Origin: Hydrurus foetidus
Lineage: Eukaryota
DNA length: 47,335 nt
Assembly: GCA_900617105.1 (NCBI GenBank)
Contig: UYFQ01000310.1
Coordinates: forward strand, 1-47,335
Direction of reading: 5' to 3'
The notes under the pieces are model-generated. The model saw only the letters and a program-made list of their open reading frames with translations. It ran no database searches and had not been told where the DNA came from. Both the position numbers and the translations under genes were made by a program. Positions 10,501-22,168 of the stretch are shown here, piece by piece. How positions within the stretch are numbered: position 1 is the first letter of the stretch; each line of letters starts with the position of its first letter.

Positions 10501-13500
10501 AGCCAACACCTTCACCAACGTACCAGCCAACAGCCGTGCCAACAGCGAAGCCAACACCTTCACCAACGTACCAGCCAACAGCCGTGCCAACAGCGGAGCC
10601 AACACCTTCACCAACGTACCAGCCAACAGCCGTGCCAACAGCGGAGCCAACACCTTCACCAACGTACCAGCCAACAGCCGTGCCAACACCTTCACCAACG
10701 TACCAGCCAACAGCCGTGCCAACAGCGGAGCCAACACCTTCACCAACGCACCAGCCAACAGCCGTGCCAACACCTTCACCAACGCACCAGCCAACAGCCG
10801 TGCCAACAGCGGAGCCAACACCTTCACCAACGTACAGCCAACAGCCGTGCCAACAGCGGAGCCAACACCTTCACCAACGCACCAGCCAACAGCCGTGCCA
10901 ACAGCGGCCAACACCTTCACCAACGTACCAGCCAACAGCCGTGCCAACAGCGGGCCAACACCTTCACCAACGTACCAGCCAACAGCCGTGCCAACAGCGG
11001 AGCCAACACCTTCACCAACGTACCAGCCAACAGCCGTGCCAACAGCGGAGCCAACACCTTCACCAACGTACCAGCCAACAGCCGTGCCAACAGCGGACCA
11101 ACGTAGCACCGACACCATCACCAACGTACCAGCCAACAGCCGTGCCAACAGCGAGCCAACACCTTCACCAACGCACCAGCCAACAGCCGTGCCAACAGCG
11201 GAGCCAACACCTTCACCAACGTACCAGCCAACAGCCGTGCCAACAGCGGAGCCAACACCTTCACCAACGTACCAGCCAACAGCCGCACCAACACCTTCAC
11301 CAACGTACCAGCCAACAGCCGTGCCAACACCTTCACCAACGCACCAGCCAACAGCCGTGCCAACAGCGGAGCCAACACCTTCACCAACGTACCAGCCAAC
11401 AGCCGTGCCAACAGCGGAGCCACCTTCACCAACGTACCAGCCAACAGCCGTGCCAACAGCGGCCAACACCTTCACCAACGTACCAGCCAACAGCCGTGCC
11501 AACAGCGGACCAACACCAGCCAACACCCAACACCTTCACCAACGTACCAGCCAACAGCCAGCCAACACCTTCACCAACGTACCAGCCAACAGCCGTGCCA
11601 ACAGCGGAGCCAACACCTTCACCAACGTACCAGCCAACAGCCGTGCCAACAGCGGAGCCAACACCTTCACCAACGTACCAGCCAACAGCCGTGCCAACAG
11701 CGGAGCCAACACCTTCACCAACAGCCGTGCCAACAGCGGAGCCAACACCTTCACCAACAGCGGAGCCAACACCTTCACCAACGACCAGCCAACAGCTGAG
11801 CCAACACCTTCACCAACGTACCAGCCAACAGCCGTGCCAACAGCGGAGCCAACACCTTCACCAACGTACCAGCCAACAGCCGTGCCAACAGCGGTTCACC
11901 AACACCAGCCAACAGCGTAGCCAACACCTTCACCAACGCCCAGCCAACAGCCGTGCCAACACCTTCACCAACGCACCAGCCAACAGCCGTGCCAACAGCG
12001 AGCCAACACCTTCACCAACGTACCAGCCAACAGCTTCACCAACGTACCAGCCAACAGCGGAGCCAACACCTTCACCAACGTACCAGCCAACAGCCGTGCA
12101 ACAGCGGAGCCAACACCTTCACCAACGCACCAGCCAACAGCGTGCCAACAGCTGAGCCAACACCTTCACCAACGCACCAGCCAACAGCCGTGCCAACAGC
12201 GGAGCCAACACCTTCACCAACGCACCAGCCAACAGCCGTGCCAACAGCGGAGCCAACACCTTCACCAACGTACCAGCCAACAGCCGTGCCAACAGCGAAG
12301 CCAACACCTTCACCAACGTACCAGCCAACAGCCGTGCCAACAGCGGAGCCAACACCTTCACCAACGTACCAGCCAACAGCCGTGCCAACAGCGGAGCCAA
12401 CACCTTCACCAACGCACCAGCCAACAGCCGTGCCAACAGCGGAGCCAACACCTTCACCAACGTACCAGCCAACAGCGAGCCAACACCTTCACCAACGCAG
12501 CCAACAGCCTTGCCAACAGCGGAGCCAACAGCGGAGCCAACACCTTCACCAACGCCAACAGCGAAGCCAACACCTTCACCAACGTACCAGCCAACAGCCG
12601 TGCCAACAGCGAAGCCAACACCTTCACCAACGTACCAGCCAACAGCCGTGCCAACAGCGGAGCCAACACCTTCACCAACGTACCAGCCAACAGCGAAGCC
12701 AACACCTTCACCAACGCACTTGCCAACAGCCGTGCCAACAGCTGCCCCAACACCTTCACCAACGCACCAGCCAACAGCCGTGCCAACAGCGGAGCCAACA
12801 CCTTCACCAACGCACCAGCCAACAGCCGTGCCAACAGCGGAGCCAACACCTTCACCAACGTACCAGCCAACAGCGTGCCAACACCGGAGCAACAACTTCA
12901 CCACCACCACCAACAGCCGTGCCAACAGCGGAGCCAACACCTTCACCAACGCACCAGCCAACAGCCGTGCCAACAGCGGAGCCAACACCTTCACCAACGT
13001 ACCAGCCAACAGCCGTGCCAACAGCGAAGCCAACACCTTCACCAACGTACCAGCCAACAGCCGTGCCAACAGCGGAGCCAACACCTTCACCAACGTACCA
13101 GCCAACAGCTGCCAACCAACCAACCTTCACCAACGCACCAGCCAACAGCCGTGCCAACAGCGGAGCCAACACCTTCACCAACGTACCAGCCAACAGCCGT
13201 GCCAACAGCGGAGCCAACACCTTCACCAACGTACCAGCCAACAGCGAAGCCAACACCTTCACCAACGTACCAGCCAACAGCCGTGCCAACAGCGGAGCCA
13301 ACACCTTCACCAACGCACCAGCCAACAGCCGTGCCAACAGCGGAGCCAACACCTTCACCAACGTACCAGCCAACAGCCGTGCCAACAGCGGAGCCAACAC
13401 CTTCACCAACGTACCAGCCAACAGCCGTGCCAACAGCGAAGCCAACACCTTCACCAACGTACAAGCCAACAGCTGCCCCAACACCTTCACCAACGTACCA

Positions 13501-13997
13501 GCCAACAGCCGTGCCAACAGCTGAGCCAACACCTTCACCAACGTACCAGCCAACAGCGAAGCCAACACCTTCACCAACGCACTCGCCAACAGCCGTGCCA
13601 ACAGCGGAGCCAACACCTTCACCAACGCACCAGCCAACAGCGAAGCCAACACCTTCACCAACGTACCAGCCAACAGCCGTGCCAACAGCGAAGCCAACAC
13701 CTTCACCAACGCACTCGCCAACAGCCGTGCCAACAGCGGAGCCAACACCTTCACCAACGCACCAGCCAACAGCGAAGCCAACACCTTCACCAACGTACCA
13801 GCCAACAGCCGTGCCAACAGCGAAGCCAACACCTTCACCAACGTACCAGCCAACAGCTGCCCCAACACCTTCACCAACGTACCAGCCAACAGCCGTGCCA
13901 ACAGCTGAGCCAACACCTTCACCAACGTACCAGCCAACAGCCGTGCCAACAGCGGAGCCAACACCTTCACCAACGCACCAGCCAACAGCGAAGCCAA
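7593..13997 (+). CDS. Secreted mucin-like Pro/Thr-rich cell-surface protein, 3'-truncated by a Gypsy LTR; many frameshifts within the array
   Basis: Signal-peptide-like [17 protein letters not shown]; Lys/Pro/Ser unique segment with Cys residues; long [16 protein letters not shown] repeat that hops between reading frames; the LTR TG begins at 13998. Confidence 0.85.
7791..8048 (+). repeat. First block of the 48-bp coding tandem repeat
   Basis: ccaacaccttcaccaacg(t/c)accagccaacagccgtgccaacagcg(g/a)ag units. Confidence 0.9.
8409..13997 (+). repeat. Main 48-bp tandem array (~5.6 kb, >100 units, with 36-bp deletion variants)
   Basis: Unit encodes PTPSPT(Y/H)QPTA(V/M)PTA(E/K); built from 12-bp ccaac sub-repeats. 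Confidence 0.97.
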
Positions 13998-14270
13998 TGT
14001 AGCCTAGCACGTACGTTCACCGTACACTTTATATACGTTTGTATATATTCACGTATGTATATAATTCACGCACCCATAGTCTATTTTCATCCACATCAAC
14101 TGTCCACCGGTAACGGACGCTCATCAGCATCAGCACCCTTGTAGCCTATCGTTTGTGTCTGTTGTTAGCTGCTTGCTCGCTTCTTTCACAAACTGTAACT
14201 AACCTAACAGTTTACTCCAGCATACCGTCTTTACCCGGATTCTTCGTACTCGAATCCGGCCGCGACTACA
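13998..14270 (+). repeat. Gypsy-1 5' LTR
   Basis: TGTAG...CTACA; homologous to 19908-20181. Confidence 0.95.
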
Positions 14271-14371
14271 ATATTAATATTGAGAGTTGTTAGACGAACT
14301 CTCGTTACTGGAGAGCTAGATAGATTTTCCAACTGCCGACATCCGACGACCATCTGGCACTGATCACCAGT

Positions 14372-17300
14372 ATGGTTTCCAGCAACCGACGAAGACTTTC
14401 CAGGGTATCGGCCGTTTCGACGGCTCCCCTGTCGATTTTCCAGGAAGCGCCATCAACCGACGCCGTCGTCGATATCGTCGCCGACACCATGGACGCTAGC
14501 ACAACGGGAGATTCCGACTCGGCGAATCCTCCCTCGCTTCCAGATCCATCTTTTGCTGCGACTGACGTCGCAGCTCATCTATCTTTCGCCTCTAATCCCT
14601 TCTCGAATTTGGCCCCCGGCGTGGGAGGGGGAAACCCCTTGCAAAATTTTTTGCAGCCATCTTCCGCTCCATCTGGAGCTATTACAGCGGATCTAGCGAT
14701 ATCCCAAGCGGGGGAAGTCTCTGTTGAACATCAACAACTTCCCCAGCGAGTGGATGGAGTATCTTTGGAGCCGGCGCCTTCGCCGTCAGCACCATCGCCA
14801 TCATCATCCACGATGATATCCATCACCGCCGACACCACCGCCATCACCGCCATCGCCGCCACCGACATCACGCCGACACCTGTCATTGTGCGTGATGTTT
14901 TGCCTGCTTTGCCTGTGCTGCCTGTGTTATCTGCCGCAGTTTTGCCTGCAAACCCGGTGCAAACCGATTCCCTGTTGCTCACTTCAGACAGCAATGTCAT
15001 GAACAGAAATGTTCAGAGTGTTGCAACTTTTGCTACCGTTGGTGGTGTTACTAACGATGTTGTTGTTTCAAACCTTGCTGCACGCTATCTATTACCTCAT
15101 GAAAAGGTTAGAAAGCTCAGCAAGGTTCCAACTCATCTGGAAGTTTTAAGCATCACCAACGACCTTCGCAAGAATGGTTGCCCCTATACGTTTCTTGACG
15201 TGGTACCATTAGACGTCGAGCAATCTCTTGTAACACTCCTGCAAAGGCAGTATTGCACTGAGAGAGCAATTCGCGACGAGTGCGAAGAGTGGAAGTCATG
15301 GACTACCGAGAGATTCTGCAAAGAACTCCTCAAGGCAGTACCTGATGAGTCCATCGATACACCTTTGGGTCAGGCATCGTTCCTCGAGCAAGTCTCATCG
15401 TTCAATTTCAGATTTGATTTGAACAACATTGAGACTGACTCCTGTAACGATACTGCCCTTGGTGCATTGGTAGCAAATTTCCCAGCACTACTGCTGAGGA
15501 ACAGCTTAAGGCTGTTAAGATTCTAGAGCGTCAGTTGCCTACCCACCCCGTCAATTGGCAGCTCATCTTACGCCGCAAGGTGAACGGTGAGACTGTTCCA
15601 ATCAACGATTTGAAAGATTTTCGATTCGTTTGGTGGACGCAACTGACTACTCTCAGAAACTCAGCTAACGAGCTTCGGGCTGCTGGTTATGAGGTTACTC
15701 CAGGCCCAGCTACGCGTTCTAAAGATAAGCCTATCTCCAAACGCGCTGCTGAGCCTGATGAGGACACCATCAAACCACGTGCTAAGTCCGCGAAGACTGC
15801 AAAGTCTTCGAATCCCTCAACCACTCGCACCGTACAGGTCTGTGTTGGTTGTGGAAGATCTAATCACACTATCTCTGTGTGTAGATTTACTGCATCACCC
15901 TACTTCAATTCTTCTGACAGTGCATATGCTGATAGCAATGCATTTAAGAAACTGAAAAAGGATTACCCTGATGCATTGGTTGCAAGAGGAGCGTACGTGC
16001 CTACCACCTCCTCTTCTTCCTCTTCTTCTACTGCTACCGCGTCAGCCTCGGCTGTACCGGAGGGTCCGTCTAAGCCGGTCACTAAGCAAAAGAGCTTAAA
16101 GAAGACAAGTAAGTTATCATCAACTATTAGTTTCACTGATGTTGTTATTCCTTCTTCCATATTGGGAGCTCTTACGAACCTTTCGTCAGCTGACTTTCTA
16201 ACTGCTACTGTCACCTATGTGTCACAGCCCAGCCAGCCAAGAAATGAAGTCCAAGTGCTGATCGATACGGGATCGCTCGCCGGCAATTTTGTTGCCATGC
16301 GTGTAATTAAGAATTTTCATTTAGAAGAATTTATTATTTTCGACAAGACACTGACTGTTTGTTCAGCCTTAGATGGAAAATGTTATAACATTTCTAAGTC
16401 TATAAATTTGAAAATGACTTACTTTTCTGAACGTTTAAATAAAAATACTTTTTTAAATTTCAAAGCAATTATTTTAAACAAGTCTTCAGTCGATGTTGTG
16501 ATCGGACGAGTGACAATTCGGGAATCACAAATATTCCTCGAGTTGCCTAGTCAATTAGCATCGACTAATATAGTGCACAGGGCAGCGACCTCAGTAACAC
16601 CCCAAAGGGTTATTGTATCAGGTCTACTAGCTTCTCTCGTCATTCAATCCGAGAATACATCTCAACTGGCTATGCCAGATGATGATGAAATCGGTGAACA
16701 TGAGGCTAGTACCTTTTCACCTTGGTTACCGGATACCAATCCGGAACCGGTTGACCCAGTATCCCTGATTAACATATCGGGTACTCCTGAACTTCAGGAG
16801 TTGATTAGACTACTCTGTATTGAATACAGAGATATCTTTTCAAATACACTTTCATCTCAGCCTGCTTCTATTCCTCCTTTTGATCTGGTTGTTCAGGACC
16901 CTAAGTGGCGTGTCTCTAAAAATAGACAACCACCTAGACCTCAATCAGCAGCCAATCAGAAGGAGATTACTAGACAATTAAATATCCTCATTGAGCAGGG
17001 TATTATTGAGAAATCCACTGCGGCTTATTATAGCCAAGGATTTTTAGTAACTAAGGCTGACGGATCTAAAAGATTCGTTATAGATTACCGTAACTTGAAC
17101 GAATGTACGGAACATGCCTCTTGGCCCGTACCGAACATAACGGAAATGTTACAGAGAATCGGTTCTCAGAAACCGACGATCTTTGGCACGGTGGATTTTG
17201 CTCAAGCATACCATCAAGCCGCATTAACACTCGCTACTAAAAAATATACTTCGTTTATATTATATAGTGGTGTCTATCAGTTTACTAGACTACCTTTTGG

Positions 17301-19575
17301 TCTAAAGCAAGCACCTTCTTATTTTCAAGAGATGATTGCTACTGAAGTGTTAAATACGTTACTTTATAGAATTTTAGAAATTTATATCGATGACGTTAAC
17401 ATTTTTGGAAACAGTCCTGACAACTTTGTTGCACGACTGCGAGAATTCTTTTCTCGCGTTCGTCTCCATAAAATGATCCTTAAACCATCCAAATGTTATC
17501 TTGGCTATGCCGATTTAAAATTTGTTGGTAAGGTTATATCACAAGAGGGACTTAGAATGTCCCAGAGTAAAATCCAATTAGTTTTGGATTTTCCTTGTCC
17601 TACTGTATCCAAACAACTTAAAAGTTTTCTTGGATTGGTAAACTATTTCCGTGATTTCATCAGAAATCAGTCTACGATAGTAAGACCGTTACATGCGTTA
17701 CTTACAAATTATCAAAGAACAAAACGGATAGTATGGACACCAGAAGCAACTTCTGCTTTTAATGAAATAAAGGAACAAGTATCGAAATGTACTACCATTC
17801 ATTTCATTAGTGATACTGCACCAATCACGTTGCACACTGATGCATCTGATTATGGTATCGGTGGTTACCTCTTCCAGACTATTGATGGAAAGGACTATCC
17901 GGTTGCATTTGTAAGCAAATCTCTTTCTGGGTCTCAACTTCGTTGGTCCACTATTCAAAAGGAAGCTTATGCAATTTACTATTCTTGTATTTTTCTACAA
18001 TCACTTTTACGTGATAGATTATTTACAATTCGAACGGATCATAGAAATCTGTTATACATATATAACAATTCTAATCCAATGATTGTTCGGTGGTATGTAG
18101 CACTCTCAGAGTATACATATAAAATTGAATTTATTAAAGGTGTTGATAATGATATCGCCGACTCTATGTCTCGACTATGTCGTAACAATATGATCGACTC
18201 ACCTAAGGAATACTCTGCAGATATGATTCTTGCAGCAGCTATTATTCCGAAAATTCAACTCACCGATATGCAATACAATGCTATATCATCAGTTCACAAT
18301 TCTATGGTTGGTCATTTTGGACTAGCCAGAACTATGAAACGATTAAAAGCAAATCAACATAAGTGGGAATTCATGGAAAATCATGTTAGATATTTCATTG
18401 ACTTTTGCCCACAATGTCAAAAGATGAGTATGATTAAAATACCTATTCATGCTCATCCTTTTACGACTTCGTCGTATTACCCTATGGAATGTTTAAACAT
18501 CGACTTTGTCGGTCCATTTCCTGACGGAGGACATATCCTCGTTATCATTGATACATTCACTCGTTGGACTGAATTGTATCATACTACTGATTCAACTGCA
18601 CTATCCGCCGCCCAATGTCTAATACAACATTTTGGTCGTTTCGGAGCACCTCATCAGTTAAGATCAGATAACGGTCCCCACTTTATTGCTGACGTAATAC
18701 GTGAGTTTTTATCGTTTGTTGGTACTCGACACTGTTTAACATTAGCTTACTCTAAGGAGGAAAATGCTATTGTTGAACGTATGAACAAAGAGATTAACCG
18801 TCACATCCGATCACTCACATACGACAACACTTCATTAGAAGATTACAAATTAGCTTTACCTTTCGTTATGAGAATAATTAATTCAAATCATAGCGATCGT
18901 TTAAAGATATCTTCTGCACAATTACTGTTTGGTAACTGTGTTAATCTTGATCGTGGTATGTTCCGTCCGATTGACGAAGTTCCTCCTTCAAAGAAATCTA
19001 TGTCAGTCTATATGAGTAACCTTCTCAAGACACAAGATAGTCTTAGAAAAGCAGCTGCTAAAGAACTACTTCGCACTGACTTACTTCATATGACACATAA
19101 AAAACAATTACAACATACGGATTACCAACCCGGAACGTATGTATTGGTACATTACCGTACAGGTCACCCGCCTACACGTCTTCATACGTTCTGGCGTGGT
19201 CCTATGAGAGTTATTTCCGGATCAAATTCAAGGTTTACCCTTTATGATCTTATCTCTCATGTCGAAAAAGAATATCATGTTTCAGATATGAAACCTTTTC
19301 TTTTTGATCCACTACGTGTTGAACCATTAGACGTTGCTCGTCATGATTATATGGAATTTTATATTGAAAATATCCTTGAACATCGTGGTGACTTACAACG
19401 CAAAACCTCGTTAGAATTCCTTGTCAAATGGTTAGGTTATGCCGATGAAAACAATTCATGGACATCCTATGCCAATCTTCGTGATACCGAAAAATTACAC
19501 GAATACTTGACATCTAACAATCTTCAACGTTTAATACCTAGAAAGTTTACAAACGTTGTAGATACAAATATATAA
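14372..19575 (+). CDS. gag-pol: Gypsy-1 gag-pol polyprotein (one indel at ~15480)
   Basis: CVGCGRSNHTISVC knuckle; LIDTGS (PR); RLPFG, YIDD (RT); LHTDASDYGIGG (RH); HNSMVGHFG..CPQC, IDFVGP, RSDNG (IN); C-terminal chromodomain ENILEHR..FLVKWLGY..NSW. Confidence 0.95.
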
Positions 19576-19891
19576 TACTAAACAATATCCATGATGGATT
19601 TCAACCCTATTTTTTGTTTGTTGTCGGTCAACATTCTTTTTGGGAGTTTTTAGTCAGTAAGAGTCTGACATAATTGTTTAGATATTATACCCCGACTCTA
19701 AAGAGTGCCGCCGATGAAAATTGTGTCGACAACATTTTGATTTTCATATCCACACATACTACCGAATCTTTAACGATAGATAGGCGTATGGGATCCCTGA
19801 ATAATTTGAAGTAACACCTTTTTCAAATGAGCTATACGTTACCACATGTATTTTCACTCACATTCATTTTCTTTCAATTAACTTAAATTGT

Positions 19892-19907
19892 AAGGAGGAA
19901 GGAGTAG
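19892..19907 (+). promoter_or_regulatory. Gypsy-1 polypurine tract
   Basis: AAGGAGGAAGGAGTAG before the 3' LTR TG. Confidence 0.85.
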
Positions 19908-20181
19908 TGTAGCCTAGCACGTACGTTCACCGTACGCTTCATACACGTTTGTATATTACCCACGTATGTATATTATTCACGTACCCATAGTCTATTTTCA
20001 TCCACATCACCTGTCCACCGGTAACGGACGCTCATCAGCATCAGCACCCTTGTAGCCTATCGTTTGTGTCTGTCGTTAGCTGTTTGCTCTCTTCTTCCAC
20101 AAACTGTAACTAACCTAACAGTTTACCTAAGCATACCGTCTTTACCCGGATTGTTCGTACTCGAATCCGGCCGCGACTATA
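19908..20181 (+). repeat. Gypsy-1 3' LTR
   Basis: Homologous to the 5' LTR with roughly 15-20 differences; ends TA rather than CA. Confidence 0.93.
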
Positions 20182-21112
20182 AGTGCAGTCCGCATTCAGA
20201 TCAATGTACATAAGTTCGCCACAGCGGGAGAGATACTATTCGATGTACTCAACATCGACTTCATAGGCCCCTTCCCTGACGGCAAACACGTCCTTGTCAT
20301 CGTCGATTCATTTTCAAGATAGACAGAGCTGTTCCACTGTAGGGACAGTACGGCCAAGTCGGCAGGCGGCTGTCTCTTGGAACACTACGTCGTTTTGTTT
20401 CACCCAACCTTATACGCTCCGATTGAGGACCACACTTCGCCAATGAACTCATTGAGAAGTTCCTACTCGCGGTTGGTACACCACACAACCTCACCCTGGC
20501 CTATTCGAAGGAAGAGAACTCCAGCGTTGAGCGGGTCAACATGCGACCAACCGCCTTCACGGTCGTTCGAGTTCGAGACACAACAGATCATCAATACCAG
20601 CCAACAGCCATGCCAACAGATAGTTCAACAGCTCTACGGGGGTTTCACCGGGTAACTTACTCTTTGGCAACCGCCTCGACTTGAACAGAGGCATTCTCAC
20701 ACCCTTTCAACAAGCCCTCCCATCAAAGACACCAGACTCACGAATCATGGCTGACATGATCAACGCTCAGGATACAGCGCATAGAACGGTTTAAGAGATG
20801 GCGCAGGAGAATGCGGCCCAACGCTTAACGGAACATTCGGATCCAACCGTCTCCCCCATCGGTTCGTACGTTCTAGCACAGTACGCTACAGGCCCGCCTA
20901 CGCGATTACACACACGCTGGCAGGGCTCGATGAAGGTGATCTCCCACAGAGATTCAGAGTATGTTCTCTTGCACATCGTTTCTAAGAATACTAAGAAGAT
21001 TCACGCTTCAAAGCTCAAGATATTCCTGTTCGATCCAGCTAAAATCGAACCAACGGATTCGGTGCGTCGCGACTACATGGAGTTTTATATCGAAGCTATC
21101 ACAGCTCATGGG
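20182..21112 (+). pseudogene. Degenerate Gypsy integrase / start of chromodomain, from another family
   Basis: FDVLNIDFIGPFPDGKHVLVIVDSFSR*; GPPTRLHTRWQG; RRDYMEFYIEAI; stops and frameshifts. Confidence 0.85.
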
Positions 21113-21436
21113 CAGGTAGTGAGTGCCGCGACGATGAAGCCTGGAGCGCTCATTACCCGTGGGGTGTAATCCATGGCTAGATCCATGAGGTTAGGGCAAA
21201 GGCGGGACAAGGTGTCTGCCCATTTGTTCTGGGAGCCTGGCACGAAATGGATCTTGAAGTCCAGTTCTTGCATCGCTATGGACCAGCGAGTGACCATCGA
21301 GTTTGGGTTATTGTCATATACGTCAGATTCAGGTGATCTGTGTGTATAGTGAACACCCGGTCTCTTAGGAGAGTGCCCATCTGTTGGCAGCAATGAAAGA
21401 TCGCGTATGCCTCCTTCTATATCGTTGACCAACGAG
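21110..21436 (-). pseudogene. Inverted Gypsy RNase H fragment
   Basis: RWSTI*KEAYAIFHCC..LLRDRVFTIHTDHLNL..MVTRWSIAMQELDFKIHFVPG..ADTLSRLCPNL on the minus strand. Confidence 0.85.
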
Positions 21437-22168
21437 ATTTGGTGGCGTTGAATGACTTGCTGACAAACGTGATTGGTTGTTATAGTCTACGCTATACATC
21501 ACACACATGTATGTACAGCCACGCCGCACGCTGCATGTACCCACTAGTTTTCCGTACCAGTTTTTAGGTTTCTGGAGCTTTGACAACTTCAACATGCGAT
21601 GAACTTTCCATTGATTATCTCATCCTCCTTCCATTTCTTTATCTCTTTACTTCAAGTAAAAAGACCGTTTTCTTACCAAAACACTTACCGACTTCGGGCT
21701 CTTTGAGTCTGATCCCTTTCTTTTTTGGCCCTTTTGCCAGCTTGTCAACTGATCAGCCCTTTTGCGGATCCGTAGCACAGCATGAAACTCGTTTTCTCGT
21801 TCTCTACAAAGTCGACAAGTCTGTCCTTTGATCCTTCTCGTTGAAGCACCTTTTGAACGCCGACAAGCAGTGAAAGCCTCGGCACAGTGGAAGCTTTCAA
21901 CAAGAAGGGTAAGCTCAAAGATCATCTCGGTAGATTTGCTCCCTAGAACAACTCTACATTTTTCTCTCGTCTCCGCGTCAACTCCTATATGTCAACATCT
22001 AAGAACCCGCGCGGCAAGAAGACGTCGCTTCCAGATCCTGCACCTCCAGGAACAAGGGAAGCCGATTCTGAAGCAGCGATACCAGATCCTGATGAATCAA
22101 TCATGGATCCTGTTGGCGAGCTCCGCCAAATGTTTGACCAGCTTATCCTCGCTACATCAGCCCAGGGC

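Larger units (their letters stand above)
13998..20181 (+). mobile_element. Ty3/Gypsy chromodomain-bearing LTR retrotransposon (Gypsy-1)
   Basis: LTRs 13998-14270 and 19908-20181; gag-PR-RT-RH-IN-chromodomain order; PPT; flanks gccaa/agtgc do not form a TSD. Confidence 0.96.

Noticed and set aside
7759..14144. Long alternative-frame and antisense ORFs (Q/H-rich, ANS-rich, VG/LA-rich) over the 48-bp array
   Set aside because: The repeat unit has no stop codon in any frame; only the PT frame links to a signal peptide. Frame hopping reflects indels.
15474..15490. A AAT TTC slippery heptamer as a programmed -1 frameshift in Gypsy-1
   Set aside because: It lies mid-gag, before the zinc knuckle, and the homologous Gypsy-2 region is in one frame with equal spacing (FP-x6-QL); a 1-nt homopolymer deletion explains it better.
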